Assembly (NCBI GenBank): GCA_977016875.1
Contig: CDRNST010000180.1
Location: 2,108,001 to 2,172,000, forward strand
Reading direction: 5' to 3'
Source: Pavona decussata
Lineage: Eukaryota
Length of the DNA stretch: 64,000 nucleotides
Shown one piece after another: positions 26,904 to 38,328 of this stretch; the stretch's first letter is position 1, and each line of letters begins with the position of its first letter. The position numbers and the translations under genes were made by a program. The notes beneath the pieces were generated by a model. That model saw nothing but the letters and a program-made list of their open reading frames with translations, did not search any database and was not told the DNA's origin.

Positions 26904-28396
26904 TTTTTTTTAACTTCAACATCCCAGCTCAACGCTGCTAACTTTTTATTAGCCTCCGTTGATTGAATTGTTCGTACTTTTTATCTTATAGTCGTCAAGG
27001 CAACCATGATATTTTGTGAGCACTTGGCGCAACGTCAGCACATTCCCGTTGTTATTTTCGTAAAGTTTTCGTGTGGTTTCACAGATGCGCTACGGATCTT
27101 CTTTATCCCAAGTGAGATTATCCATGTCACATTGGGTTCTATTAGTTTGGTATAAATTGTATTTTAGTTATGTAACACGTTTTAAAACATGATCCGTTTT
27201 CGTTGCAGAATCTGACCATCAACCAACAATTGTTTAAGAGAAAACAATATTGTCTGCAGATGTGAAGGTTTAATGCTCAAATATTTTAATGCAAAATTAA
27301 GAAATAAAATATTGTACTGTAAAATCGCGTTTCTGTTGTCTAACGTAGATCCTCGAATAAGCTCCTCCCTAAGATACCTGCCTTCTCTTGAATGATCGTC
27401 CCTCCCCTTCTTATCTTTTTGAGGGAAGAGGGGCTACTACTGCCGCACCAAAGGTTGAGTATTCTCAGTTTTCACTCACGTGACTTCCACCTTGCCAGTC
27501 GTTGTTGTTCGCCATCTCTATGTCCCCTGCAATTTTGCATAATTCCATGAATTACTAAAAAAGGCATAAAGACAAGTGTAAAGGGGGTGGTTCTTTACAT
27601 TGTTTAAGATTGTGGAGGCATGTCCAATTTTCGTCTCCATCCATTATAAAAAGATTACTTTAAAACGTCAAGATAAACTACTTTGGAGTTTTGATCAAAT
27701 ACTGTTATGTTACTACACTGACATCGCGTGATCTAATTTTATGCACACTTTTGTTTACTGAAGGTGAAATTCAGCCAAGACAGTATTGTACTCTGGGAGA
27801 AAATAAAGCCTAAAACTCTAGCTAGCAGGGAAACTACTAATGATTAAATATCAACCTTGTTACTTTGGTATGTGGGTCAATTTTTTTTTCTCTGTTTTGA
27901 CTGTCAATCTTACAGTCGATGATGGCGTCGGACACAAACGTCACTGTGACGGAGAGTTAGTCGGGTGGAAACCCAAAACAATTGAAAACAGACACTGTAC
28001 AACCACGAAATGTTGCAGTGGCACGGATATGTAATTCTTATTTTAACCGACAAGACATAACATTTTTGTTCGAAGTGTCTTTTAGAAACGTAGTGTCCAT
28101 AGACGTTGCTGATAACATTTTGTAAGTGTGTCAAACTATTTAAAGAGGATTTTTAATATTCATGAATGCAATTTTACCATTTTTCGTTATATTTTTATCT
28201 CTTTGTTAAATATCTTTTATTTGATGAGAAAAATATGACAGACAATAAAACAAAGATTGCTCCATTGTGGTTTTTCGATAAATTTTTAATGAGAAATATT
28301 AGTCGACATTAATTCAACTTCAGAGAGCATAAACATAGTTTGGTGACAATCTCAACCTCAAATCAATTCAGTTTGCAATAAGTCTCATTAAAACGA

Positions 28397-28456
28397 TCCC
28401 ATTTTGTCTAGCTGTTAAGATTCCTGGTTTTCACCTAGGTGGCCAAAGGTTCGCCT
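28397..28456 (+). pseudogene. Truncated tRNA-Glu(TTC) pseudogene
   Basis: TCCCATTTTGTCTAGCTGTTAAGATTCCTGGTTTTCACCTAGGTGGCC matches the 5' two-thirds of metazoan tRNA-Glu(TTC); the 3' acceptor strand is missing. Confidence 0.75.
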
Positions 28457-29215
28457 GGCTCAAATCCAAGTACATGATGGACCTTGGCCAAGTGACGCAC
28501 GGCGAGGGGCTGCCACGCCATTGTCGTTGTGCTATAATGCCAAGAGACACGGTGACTATTGACAACCATGCCTTCGTTTCAAAGACGACTAGGAAAACAG
28601 CCAGATTGACTAGACAGAGACAACATGACAGCCTAAATGAAAAGAAATGATGACGGTCCAATAAAAACTTTCATTTTGTATTAACTGACATTTTCATAAC
28701 TGAAATGACTGAAGTCTCCCGGTGCATATCATTTGCTTGAATGATCTTGATGCTTGTGTGGGTTTGTGCTCCAATGCGATCTATATATACTTTGACTGAA
28801 CCGAAGGTAACTCAATATAAGTCCACAACAAAAGGTATTTATCTTCTTTAAACACTTTTACAGCCACACTTTGCCTTTGAAGCCGTTAATATGCTATTTC
28901 CTCTTGCTTGGCCCGATCGTTTTGTTCTTTTGTACAGTTGTTATTTGAGTGAGATTTTATCAGATGGCCACCTCAACTTGAAATGAAATCCAATTTACCA
29001 ATATACAAACGCTTTTATTTTGCTAGCGTTGTGAGCTAGAAAATATCGTCTCCTTGTTTTGCAATAGTTAAATACACTCATTTCAGTCGTTATATGATAT
29101 AGTAGAAGATATTATAACTTTTCAAAATGTTACACATTCTTGATACACCATGTTCATGTTGACTATAAACATTTAGTTCTTGTTAGATTAATCTGAAACT
29201 GTTTTACTTTAAGCA

Positions 29216-29631
29216 TTAAAGCGATAAATAGTTAGGAAAGTATTGAGGTGTAGGACGTTGAACAAAAATGTCTGGGTTTTGTTGATAAGCTGGGACGCTG
29301 TCAAGAATAGGGCGCTGGAAACCTTGATGAAAACTTGGGTTGAAATGACCGCCATTGGGTTCGTTCACTCCTCGCTTGCGAACGGACTCTTTCAGTTCTC
29401 TCTTCCACTTCATTCGTCGATTTTGAAACCATATTTTTATCTGTGTCTCTGTTAGAGCCAAGTTTGATGCTATTTCAATTCGTCGTGTTCTTGTCAAATA
29501 TTTGCTAAAATGAAACTCCTTCTCCAATTCAACTAGTTGTCGCTGCGTAAATGTGAACCTCTTCTTGTTGTTTGGAATGTTTTCTGGTTTTTTCGCCGCG
29601 GTTGTTTCCTCTTTTTCTGACCCAGTAGACA
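29216..29631 (-). CDS. Anthox6: Anthox6/HoxA copy 2, exon 2 (homeobox)
   Basis: Intact homeodomain (D39A and D59E relative to copy 1). The tandem acceptor CAGCAG gives an exon start at 29634 or 29631, both in frame. The joined CDS is 249-250 aa. Confidence 0.92.
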
Positions 29632-32132
29632 CTGCTGACGTGAAGATAATGAAAAAAGGTTAAACGATAAAACTAGCTCTCTTAACAAGCTATGCTTTAT
29701 TTAAACCATGTTTTAAGGTTAATACGATTTGATCGAGATGGCGTCCATTTTGAAATCATTGATGCATCAAACTAAACCACATAGTTAACTAATATTCGTG
29801 AAACGTTCAATCTTAATCTACTCCACCTAAAGCTCGTTCGGCTAATCACGAATACCCTTTATAGCGAATGGTGTACGCAAGGACTTTTCTGTGTTTTATT
29901 TTTCGTCTTTTCTTTTAGCTATTGTGCAAGGAAGGACAAGAAAGCATGGCCACGCCAGGGGATGATATTTTGCATCCAGTGGAGCCGCAATGTTTAAAGA
30001 TGAATGTAAACTGTTTCGGATGTGGTCGATAAGAGTAAAGATAACCTCTTCTCTGATCATTCATCAGAAGCGATAAAGATCTTTGAAAACTAAGCGATTT
30101 CTCAAAGCCATGTTAGGAGTACTTGAAGAAGAGAATATGGGACTTCCAACCGAGCTCCTTCAATTCTTATTTGATGCCACGTTTTTAAATTTAACAATGA
30201 TGGGCTACCGAATCCATTCGGGAGTCGGAAAAGTATTCTGTATATATCTCTATAATTTTTCATTTGGTTTCAGTATAGTTAGAATTATAGCTGAGTGGCT
30301 TTCTGTCGCTAGTTGTGGTAAACAACTGTACGTAGATTGAACGCTTCGAAGATTACCTTGATAGGTATGGCCTCTTTGCTTTGTTGCGTTATTCCTGTCT
30401 GTAACACAAAGAACGCTTAGAGAGCTCTACTTTTGGTGATTGAAACTTTTTTCCACTTTGTCCTTTAAAATCAGATCAGCTGATATCGAATTTATTTCTC
30501 ACACTGTTGCAAATTTTGTTGTTACATCCCTTTATGAATATTTACTCTCGCGGTTAGAGCGGATTAGCTTAAATTCTGAGTACATAAAAAAAACTTGAAT
30601 AGTCTCGTCGATCGTGTTCTATCAGTATTTCAGGACATATTTACAAAGACAGTTTTCGATTCTATCCTATTAAACTGGGTTTGAAGTTGCATTTATGAAA
30701 AACGTGACATTTAACGTACGTTAAATGGTTGCCAGCGTTTATGACTTTTGCTGCGAGCTTGACAAGGCCAAACTCATTTGTTGCTTTACAGGCTATGTAC
30801 GCTGAGAATTTTACAGGGTTATTTCAATGTTTTGAGACTTTACAAATCAATTAGAACTTTCTGAACTTCACTGGAAAAATGTATAGCATTCAGTAAAAAT
30901 TCTCTAGTCAACATCGTTCAGGTTTTGAAAGAGATCTATGTAAAAGAACAGATCATAAATGCGAATTATTGATAGCGAATGAAGACGAAGTTAAATCGAA
31001 ATTTTCTCTCTCGAATAACGCCATAGGACGTTCAAACCGAGATCGCAAAATTAATAGCGTTGTCACCTTGAGCAAACCAGGCTAATTTCAAGAGTTTAAT
31101 AAGTACATTGCATTGAAATCAATTAAAATGATTTTCAAGTGTCAGAAAAGTGTCAGCCGCACAAACGAAAATAAATTACCAATTTACAGGTTTTAATCGA
31201 AAAATTCGGTAAAGTAGTTCCTGTTTTTTGGTAAGTGTATAAATAAACAAGCTGCCAGCAGGTGTGAGGTACAAACTAAAGAGAAGATGATGAATTTTTT
31301 GCAGCGGTTATCTTTGCTGTTGAGTTTGGCTCACTTGAGCGATAAGATTATAAGTGATGTTAACTTGTGATCTTGACAATCGATTAGCGGTAACCGCATT
31401 AGAATCTGATTAACTAAATGTACTGCGGAATAAAGCTCACAGCTTATTTTGATTTATGGATTTAGCTTTCGAAATAAGACCATAAAATACCGCAATTACT
31501 GACCTTTACTCTAAGAGAATTCAACTCATTCTAGCGAGCAATTCTTGTTTTCCCTACAATGGAACTAAAAATGCCACGCTCATTTGAAAATATAACTATC
31601 TAGTCTTCTTTACTGCAAGGTGGTTTACTTCAACGCTTTTAAACTCATCGTTTTTTATGTCCGTTTCAATAGAAATACAACAGTTATTGTCGTGAAATAA
31701 CTAAATTGATGCTCAATAGTCCATGCAGTGTTGAGTCGGTATCCATTTTCAAGCTAACGAAAAGAAATGGTTTCCAGTAAACGAGCAGGTGAAACTGTAA
31801 TGAAAAATGTGCGAACTTGAAAACATAAAGATTTATCGCAGTCTTGTGCCGCTCCCGGAGAACTTGCTATCGTTGTTTGAAACTGTTCGGTAATGGTTCA
31901 ACAAAGATATCCGAAAGATTTTATCCTGCTGTCGCAAGTAACGAAGCGTTTAACGTCTACAGATACAGGAAAAAACGCACACTCGAACTAAACATACAAA
32001 CTATTGTGTAATAATACAAAAAAATGTTTTCAGGATTGTAAACTAGATTGATAGCTTGGGTAACAGGATTGTAACTGACATAAGATACAGCTATATTCAA
32101 GTAATTTCACTTCAAGTAACCTAATTTGCTAC

Positions 32133-32466
32133 CTTTTCTCTTAGTAAACATCCACCGATAGTTTGCGGTCTGCCAGGGTTTTTTCTCCGCATTCTGAACT
32201 CTCACACTTTCATTTGAACGGGGCTGCGATTGTGAAGAAGAAAACGGAGGAGATGATGGTGAAATCGGGAGCTCTCGGCTTGCCAGTGGCATCGATGAAG
32301 CACCTAACGGAGCAGAGAAAGGAAGAAAGCTTTGACGCGGCGAGGAGAGGTTGATGTTCGGATGTCGTAGAGGCATCGTCCGTCCAAAATCTAGGCCATG
32401 GCAGTGTGGTGGAACAGCTGCTGTCAAGTGTGGAGCTGGCATCCGATAGCACCAATCGTCCATCAT
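32133..32466 (-). CDS. Anthox6: Anthox6/HoxA copy 2, exon 1
   Basis: MMDDW start, NYRWM hexapeptide-like motif, phase-1 donor AAAG|GTAGCA; in-frame 21-nt deletion relative to the other copies. Confidence 0.88.
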
Positions 32467-32534
32467 TTTGTTAGAGTCTCGCCTTACCGGCGTCCAACTG
32501 CTGTCGCTAACTGATCAAGCGCAAGACTTACGAA

Positions 32535-32583
32535 CAGTGGAAACGAGCGGCGATGAGGGTGACTTATAAACCCGGGGCGGGTT
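32535..32583 (-). promoter_or_regulatory. Core promoter of Anthox6 copy 2
   Basis: CCCGCCCC-GGG-TTTATAAG on the minus strand, same position as in copy 1. Confidence 0.5.
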
Positions 32584-35336
32584 CTGTGGCTGGTAGTCAA
32601 TGTATCGATGAATAGGAGCGACTCGAATCAACGTACAAGTTATGTTATTACACGAAAGCACGGTGCACTCCCATGGAAGAGCGTAGATGAGGTAGATCAG
32701 TATTCCGCTGCGTTTGGCGAAGAGCGGACGAAAATCTCCTGGGGTTTCAATTAGAGACGTCGTTTTCTACTTGTCTAGGAAGTGTCTGAGTGAATCTGTG
32801 AGAGTCACGCTGGGGTTTCCAAAGGTACAATGCGACACACGCTCCAATCAAAAATAATTAAAATTAAATCGTATTAAGTTAATCGGCGAACGCTGAACAA
32901 TAGCTCGGACTCAATCGTGTCTTTTTCTTTCAGATGGAAGGACAAAACGGCCCACATATTTGTAAAACTTGCCTCGGGCAAATGGAATCCATTATTGCGA
33001 CCTCATGCCTTATTTCAAGACAATCATCATTTGTCTTATTCTGTGGCGAGGAGCTGTGTTTCTGTTTGAAGAATAACTATAACAACAATTCAAGTTTCGA
33101 CTTTTGTAACCATAATTCTGTGTTGTCTTCTGACCCATGCAGGAAGTAATGATTATCTTTCCGTTATCTAAACTGCGAGTGAAGACGGAAGACCGCCTAG
33201 GAACAACGAGCCATTTTTCCAAAAAAAGGAGAAAACAAAGTCGGATATCACTTGTTTGGTATAAGGATACAGCGGGAATTCTTTTATAATCATCAGTCAT
33301 CAGTTCAAAATATTGCAAAAATTTATAAATCTCCGTAATTCACATTGTATTTCACTTCAAAATAAAGAACGTTCACCTTCGTGGTTCGAACTTTCGGTGA
33401 TATACCACTACTGAAGCTAAATATATTCCGGAAGGTTTTTTTTTTTCCAAATCCGGCGTTTTTATCATCCGTAGTTTGTCATCTGTCTTAAGTCGCGATG
33501 GCAAAGGTTCTTGACATTCCATCTAGCTTTCTGGTACAAATTGTGTACAAACTGACTTACTCAAGCAGAAAGTGCGGTTTTAATCGCATTGTGAGCGTCA
33601 TTTTTGCGGCTGTTTAATTTGTGCAGATTACACGGTCTCCGTCAGATGGCGAAACTTCAGTGAACCATAAATAAAACATTTCAATAGATTTCACATTTTA
33701 ATAAGAAGTTGTTTCGTGCTGAGAGGTACAATAAGGCCCCTCTTCGTATTGACGGCATACAAGCCTTAAAAGTTTCAATCACGTTCTCAACAAAATGGCT
33801 TGCCGCTATAATCCGCCAATGCTTTTGTACCTGGTTTATTTTGATAACGCAAATACACCGTTGTGATTCCGTATAAAGTGTTCTAAAAATAGAGATCACG
33901 AGCTGCCGTTTGTAGGCGTGTGTGGGCTGGACGTTTTGGCATCTAAAAAATCATCTGGAAGACACCAAAAGAATCACCTCAAAATCGCTAGATATGGTGT
34001 AGAATTGTTCAATTCCCAAAATTCTCTAGTGTTTTTATTCGTTCTATTAAATAGCTTAATATTAAGATTTCCCTGTTCATATAAATTGACGTAAGCAAGT
34101 AGTATGAATCAAGTGAAAACGAAGGTTAAAAATATATGCCTGAGCAACAAAACAAGAAAAAATTGTTGATTGAGCTTGTCGCTGCATCGAGCTGGTTTTA
34201 CCGCGAAACAATATTAAACTCTTGTACCACCACTTTTGTTGTTTGAAGAAATAGATTATAATAAGAACTAGGCCTTCGAATTCACATTATTAGTCAATGT
34301 TTCAACCTTCGTTCCCTTGGAATAGAACTAAGTCAAGATTCGAACACAAAAAACGTCTTCATCCATTCCGGGCGTATACCTACAAGCCAATTTCTAAAAT
34401 TTTTACAATTTAGGAGCACAGGTCAAACTTTACCACAAAAAAGGTTATTGTGTGCCTCAGTCGCCATTGTTTTTTCTCATAAGGTGCTATTGTAGTTATG
34501 TTTGAAGACAGGTGTAAACTTTCTTTACTACAGCACATTTGGTTACTTCAATTTTTATTTCATTTATTATAAGTTTCTTGTTGATGTTAACACAAACTTG
34601 GGTTCAGTCTCTTTCAGGTAATATCCTTCAAAATTGACTTCCTCGAGAAAGAAGAATTAATTTAAATGAAAAAAAACCTAAGGGTGTAATTTATCCTTTC
34701 GACTGAGGCGACTACTACTCAATATATGCCTTTCCGATCGTTTGATAAATTTTATCACAAATTGCTATAAAACTCAAGTGTTGGTAAATTTTGGAAACTA
34801 CCGGCGAGGAACAGTTAAGAGAAAGCTTCTACGGTCCACTGAAACGAATCAAAAGTACATTATTTTAACTAATGTAAATTGCACCCACTACACCTTCACA
34901 CAATTTCTTCGTTCTTAAGTAAAATCTACAGCACGCATGCTCAGCAAAGTGTAACGTCACAAAACCTCAACACTGGAACCCAGTTCACTCGAACAGTCAC
35001 ATTACACAGCTCTGCGGAATGGCCACGGCGAAGAGATATAATTAAATTGAACTCCGTCATATAATAATTTCATTGGCTTTTCTTCGATCAACTCTATCCG
35101 ACTCGTTTGAAGGCAGCTTTGGGTTGTGTGTTCCCTGAGTTCGTATAACCGCTATAAACTGAAGGCTGATTAATTTTGTATTAATTATACAAAACAGGTT
35201 AAACTTCCCAATACGCTCCACTTTTTTTCTCTCTTTATGTACAAGATGTATTTAGGAAACCTCAGGAAATGTGAACAAACGATGAAAATTAATTGAAAAG
35301 AAGTTGCAAAATAGTGTCCAAAAGTCCAATATTAAA

Positions 35337-35513
35337 AATAGGCAATTTCCGAGTTGTTGTGAACCTCATTATAAAAGCGAGGCTAAGTGTAAAGCTTTTC
35401 ATATGAAAATTAGTTTTGTTTGCACGAGTTTGCAGACTAATTTTCATAATAACAACTTTGCACTTAGTCTCGCTTTCATAGTGAGGCCTAAAACAACTCG
35501 AAAATGGCCTATT
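35337..35513. mobile_element. Palindromic MITE
   Basis: AATAGGCAATTTCCGAGTTGTT ... AACAACTCGAAAATGGCCTATT with inverted symmetry along nearly the whole length. Confidence 0.75.
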
Positions 35514-35708
35514 CTACAATGAGCCACGCCATTCCATGCCGATTATTACTTGGGATTATTTCGGGGTCAGCGTGAAAAAAACAATCAAACAAAAAAGAGA
35601 CTATTTCGGTGTCGGTTCATTTCAGGGTCAATCTGGGGACCATTTCGCGCTTGGGGATCATTTCAGGGGCCGTAAAACCCTAACAAGTCCGGGACAGCTG
35701 CCCACCAG

Positions 35709-35947
35709 GCCCCAGTTGTTCAAAGGCCAGATAACTTTATCCTGTGGATAAGTCACTATCCGACTTTTTGAATCTGTGCAAAGATTTCAATATTTCCTCT
35801 TGTACAAGCTTTTATGCACACTCTAACCACATTTAAGTTTGGGAGTGTACGAAAACCTTGGACAACGTTTAACGTGAAGTATATTTTAGACCCTGAACAG
35901 TGCCTTATCCAGCGGATAAAGTTATCCGGCCTTTGAACAACTGGGGC
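35709..35947. mobile_element. MITE with 3-bp CAG target duplication (PIF/Harbinger-like)
   Basis: TIRs GCCCCAGTTGTTCAAAGGCCAGATAACTTTATCC / GGATAAAGTTATCCGGCCTTTGAACAACTGGGGC, flanked by CAG on both sides. Confidence 0.85.
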
Positions 35948-35957
35948 CAGGCCACCA

Positions 35958-36070
35958 AAATCTCGTTCCCAGAGGCTGCGTTCCTTTTGGTCATCACCAA
36001 GGAAGCAAGACATCCGAGCCTGCACATGGCCGTTGGCCTAAAACGCTTGAGGGCCCTGGGGACGAGATTG
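35958..36070. mobile_element. Short MITE
   Basis: TIRs AATCTCGTTCCCAGAG / CCCTGGGGACGAGATT; only the right end survives in copy 3 (~43372-43388). Confidence 0.65.
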
Positions 36071-36312
36071 TGGCTCCTACTGCCCAGTGATATGGCTGTG
36101 CGCATGCGTAAGGGACCGTCCATTACGCAGAGCTGTATAGTGTGACAAATGCATTTCAAATAGTGTATTTAAAGAACCCTAGAATGAGAGTGTGAACGAT
36201 CCACCTCGAGTCGATACGTAAATCATTCAGATTGTAGTTGGTTTGCTCCCTTGGCAAAATCCGCGTTTGGATGGACTAAAAGATGGCGACCTACCAGAGG
36301 ATACTCCGCGTA

Positions 36313-36570
36313 TTGATATTTTCAAACGGAAACTTAAGACTCTCCTTTTTAAGAGAGCATATCTCGAGTAGTTTTTTAGAATAACGTTTATACGATTTTT
36401 AATTTTAACAGAATTAGTTAGCATAATATTTATGATCTAATTTTTTTATGTATGATAGTTTACTTTTTAATACTACATATATTGTCTAATTGATACTATT
36501 TGTAAAGCGCATTTCAAAACTTTAGTTGAATTTGCGCTATAGAAATTATTACTATTATTATTATTATTAT
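36313..36570 (+). mobile_element. 3' end of an L2/CR1-like LINE with (TTA)n tail
   Basis: Encodes IDIFKRKLKTLLFKRAYLE*, followed by a 3' UTR and (TTA)n. The empty site is visible in copy 3 (~43950) and copy 1 (~23175). Possible GTA target duplication. Confidence 0.8.
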
Positions 36571-38268
36571 GTAAGTTTTGGTAGGGGTGTGTGCCATCCG
36601 ATTCTCCAAACTCTGAGCCTATTTTAGAACAAAACATGTCATTTTTCCACGCTCGTCTCAGATCTGGGCCAGGTTGCAAAAACCATTTTAAGATGAGTGG
36701 GAGTTGTCTGCAGTCGTTCCTTGTCTTCCAAGGGATGTTCCCGCGTTCTTTTTGTGTTCTCTATCCTCAGTAAATCAGGTTTAGCCCATTGATCCAATAT
36801 AGCGCCCGGCAAAATCCTCCCGAACAAAGAAAGCAGAACCGGGCTAGCTGGTTTCTAAAACTCATGTTCATTTTTTATCACGTCCAATAAATCTTTTGTT
36901 TTGTCTTTTTCGTCATTTTCTCCCTTTTTCGTTTGAAGATAAAAAAAGACAAATATGTGTATGGGCTCTACAAAAATTTTATTAAGGTCCTAAACAAAAT
37001 AGCCCGTTCGATTGTCATGTACATGTAAGCACGGAACTGGACAAAATTCCCAGATTTCGTATTGAATTTCCTTTTAGCCCGAGCGAAAACTTTCTGCAGA
37101 TGTGAGGGTTTAATGCTCAAATATTTTAATGCAAAATTAAAGAATAAAATGTTGTACTGTAAAATCGTAACGTGTTTCTGTTGTCTAACATAAATCCTCG
37201 AACAAGCTCCTTCCTAAGATACATGCCCCTCTTGAGTGATCGTCCCCTCCCCTTCTTATCTTTTTGAGGGAAGAGGGGTTACTACTGTGACACCAAAGGT
37301 TGAGTATGAGTATTCTCGGTTTTCACTCACGTGACTTCCACATTGACAATCGTTGTTGTCCGCCATCTCTACGTTTCCTGCAATTTTGCACAATTGCATA
37401 AATTAAAAAAAAGCATAAAGTCAAGTGTAAAGGGGGTGGTTCTTTGCATTGTTTGAGATTGTGGAGGCATGTCCAATCTTCCTCTCCTACTATCATAAAC
37501 AGATTACTTTCAAACGCCAAGATAAACTACTTTAGAGTTTTTATCAAATACTGTTATGTTACTACACACTGACATTGCCTGATCTAATTCCTGCACATTT
37601 TTGTTTACTGAAGATGGAATTCAGTCAAGACAGTTTTGTACTCTGGGAGAAAATAAAGCTTGATACTCTAGCTAGCAGGGAATTGAAACTACTTATGAGT
37701 AAATAGCATCCTTGTTACTTTGGTATGTGGGTCAAGTTGTTTCTTTCTCTGTTTTCGTGATGACGGTCAATCTTACAGTCGATGATCGCGTCGGACAAAG
37801 ACATCACTGTGACGGGGAGTTGTTCGGGTGGAAACCAAAACAATTGAAAACAGACACTGTACAACCACCTTTATGTTGCAGTGGCACGGATTTTTAATTC
37901 TTATTTTAACCGACAAGACACAACATTTTTGTTCGAAGTGTCTTTTGGAAATGTAGTGTCCATAGACGTTGCTGATAACATTTTGTAAGTATGTCAAACT
38001 ACTTAAAGAGGATTTTTAATATTCATGAATGCAATTTTACCATTTTTCGTTATATTTTTATCTCTTTGTTTATTAAATATCTTTTATTTGGTGAGAAAAA
38101 TATGACAGACAATAAAACAAAGATTGCTCCATTGTGGTTTTTCGATAAATTTTTAATGAGAAATATAAGTCGATATTAATTCAACTTGGATGAGTATCAA
38201 CATTGTTTGGTGACAATCTCTGCTTAACCTCAAATCAATTCAGTTTGCAATAATTCTCATTAAAACGA

Positions 38269-38328
38269 TCCCATGTTGTACAGCAGTTGAGATTCCTGGT
38301 TTTCACCTAGGTGGCCAAAGGTTCGCCT
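38269..38328 (+). pseudogene. Truncated tRNA-Glu(TTC) pseudogene (duplicate of 28397)
   Basis: TCCCATGTTGTACAGCAGTTGAGATTCCTGGTTTTCACCTAGGTGGCC. Confidence 0.7.

Larger units (their letters stand above)
27253..37098. repeat. Tandem duplication unit 2 (Anthox6 copy 2)
   Basis: Collinear and highly similar to 37093-44597; bounded by TCTGCA at 27253 and 37093. Confidence 0.9.

Noticed and set aside
27760-28034. Exon-like plus-strand Cys-containing ORF (VDDGVGHKRHC...KCCSGTDM)
   Set aside because: Frameshifted in the unit 3 duplicate, with no recognisable homology and no start exon.
37070-37092. TTTTAGCCCG resembling the start of cnidarian miR-2025 (also at 44571)
   Set aside because: The match is short, lies in a repeat fragment and has no hairpin. 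By eye I found no miR-100/miR-10-like sequence in the window.
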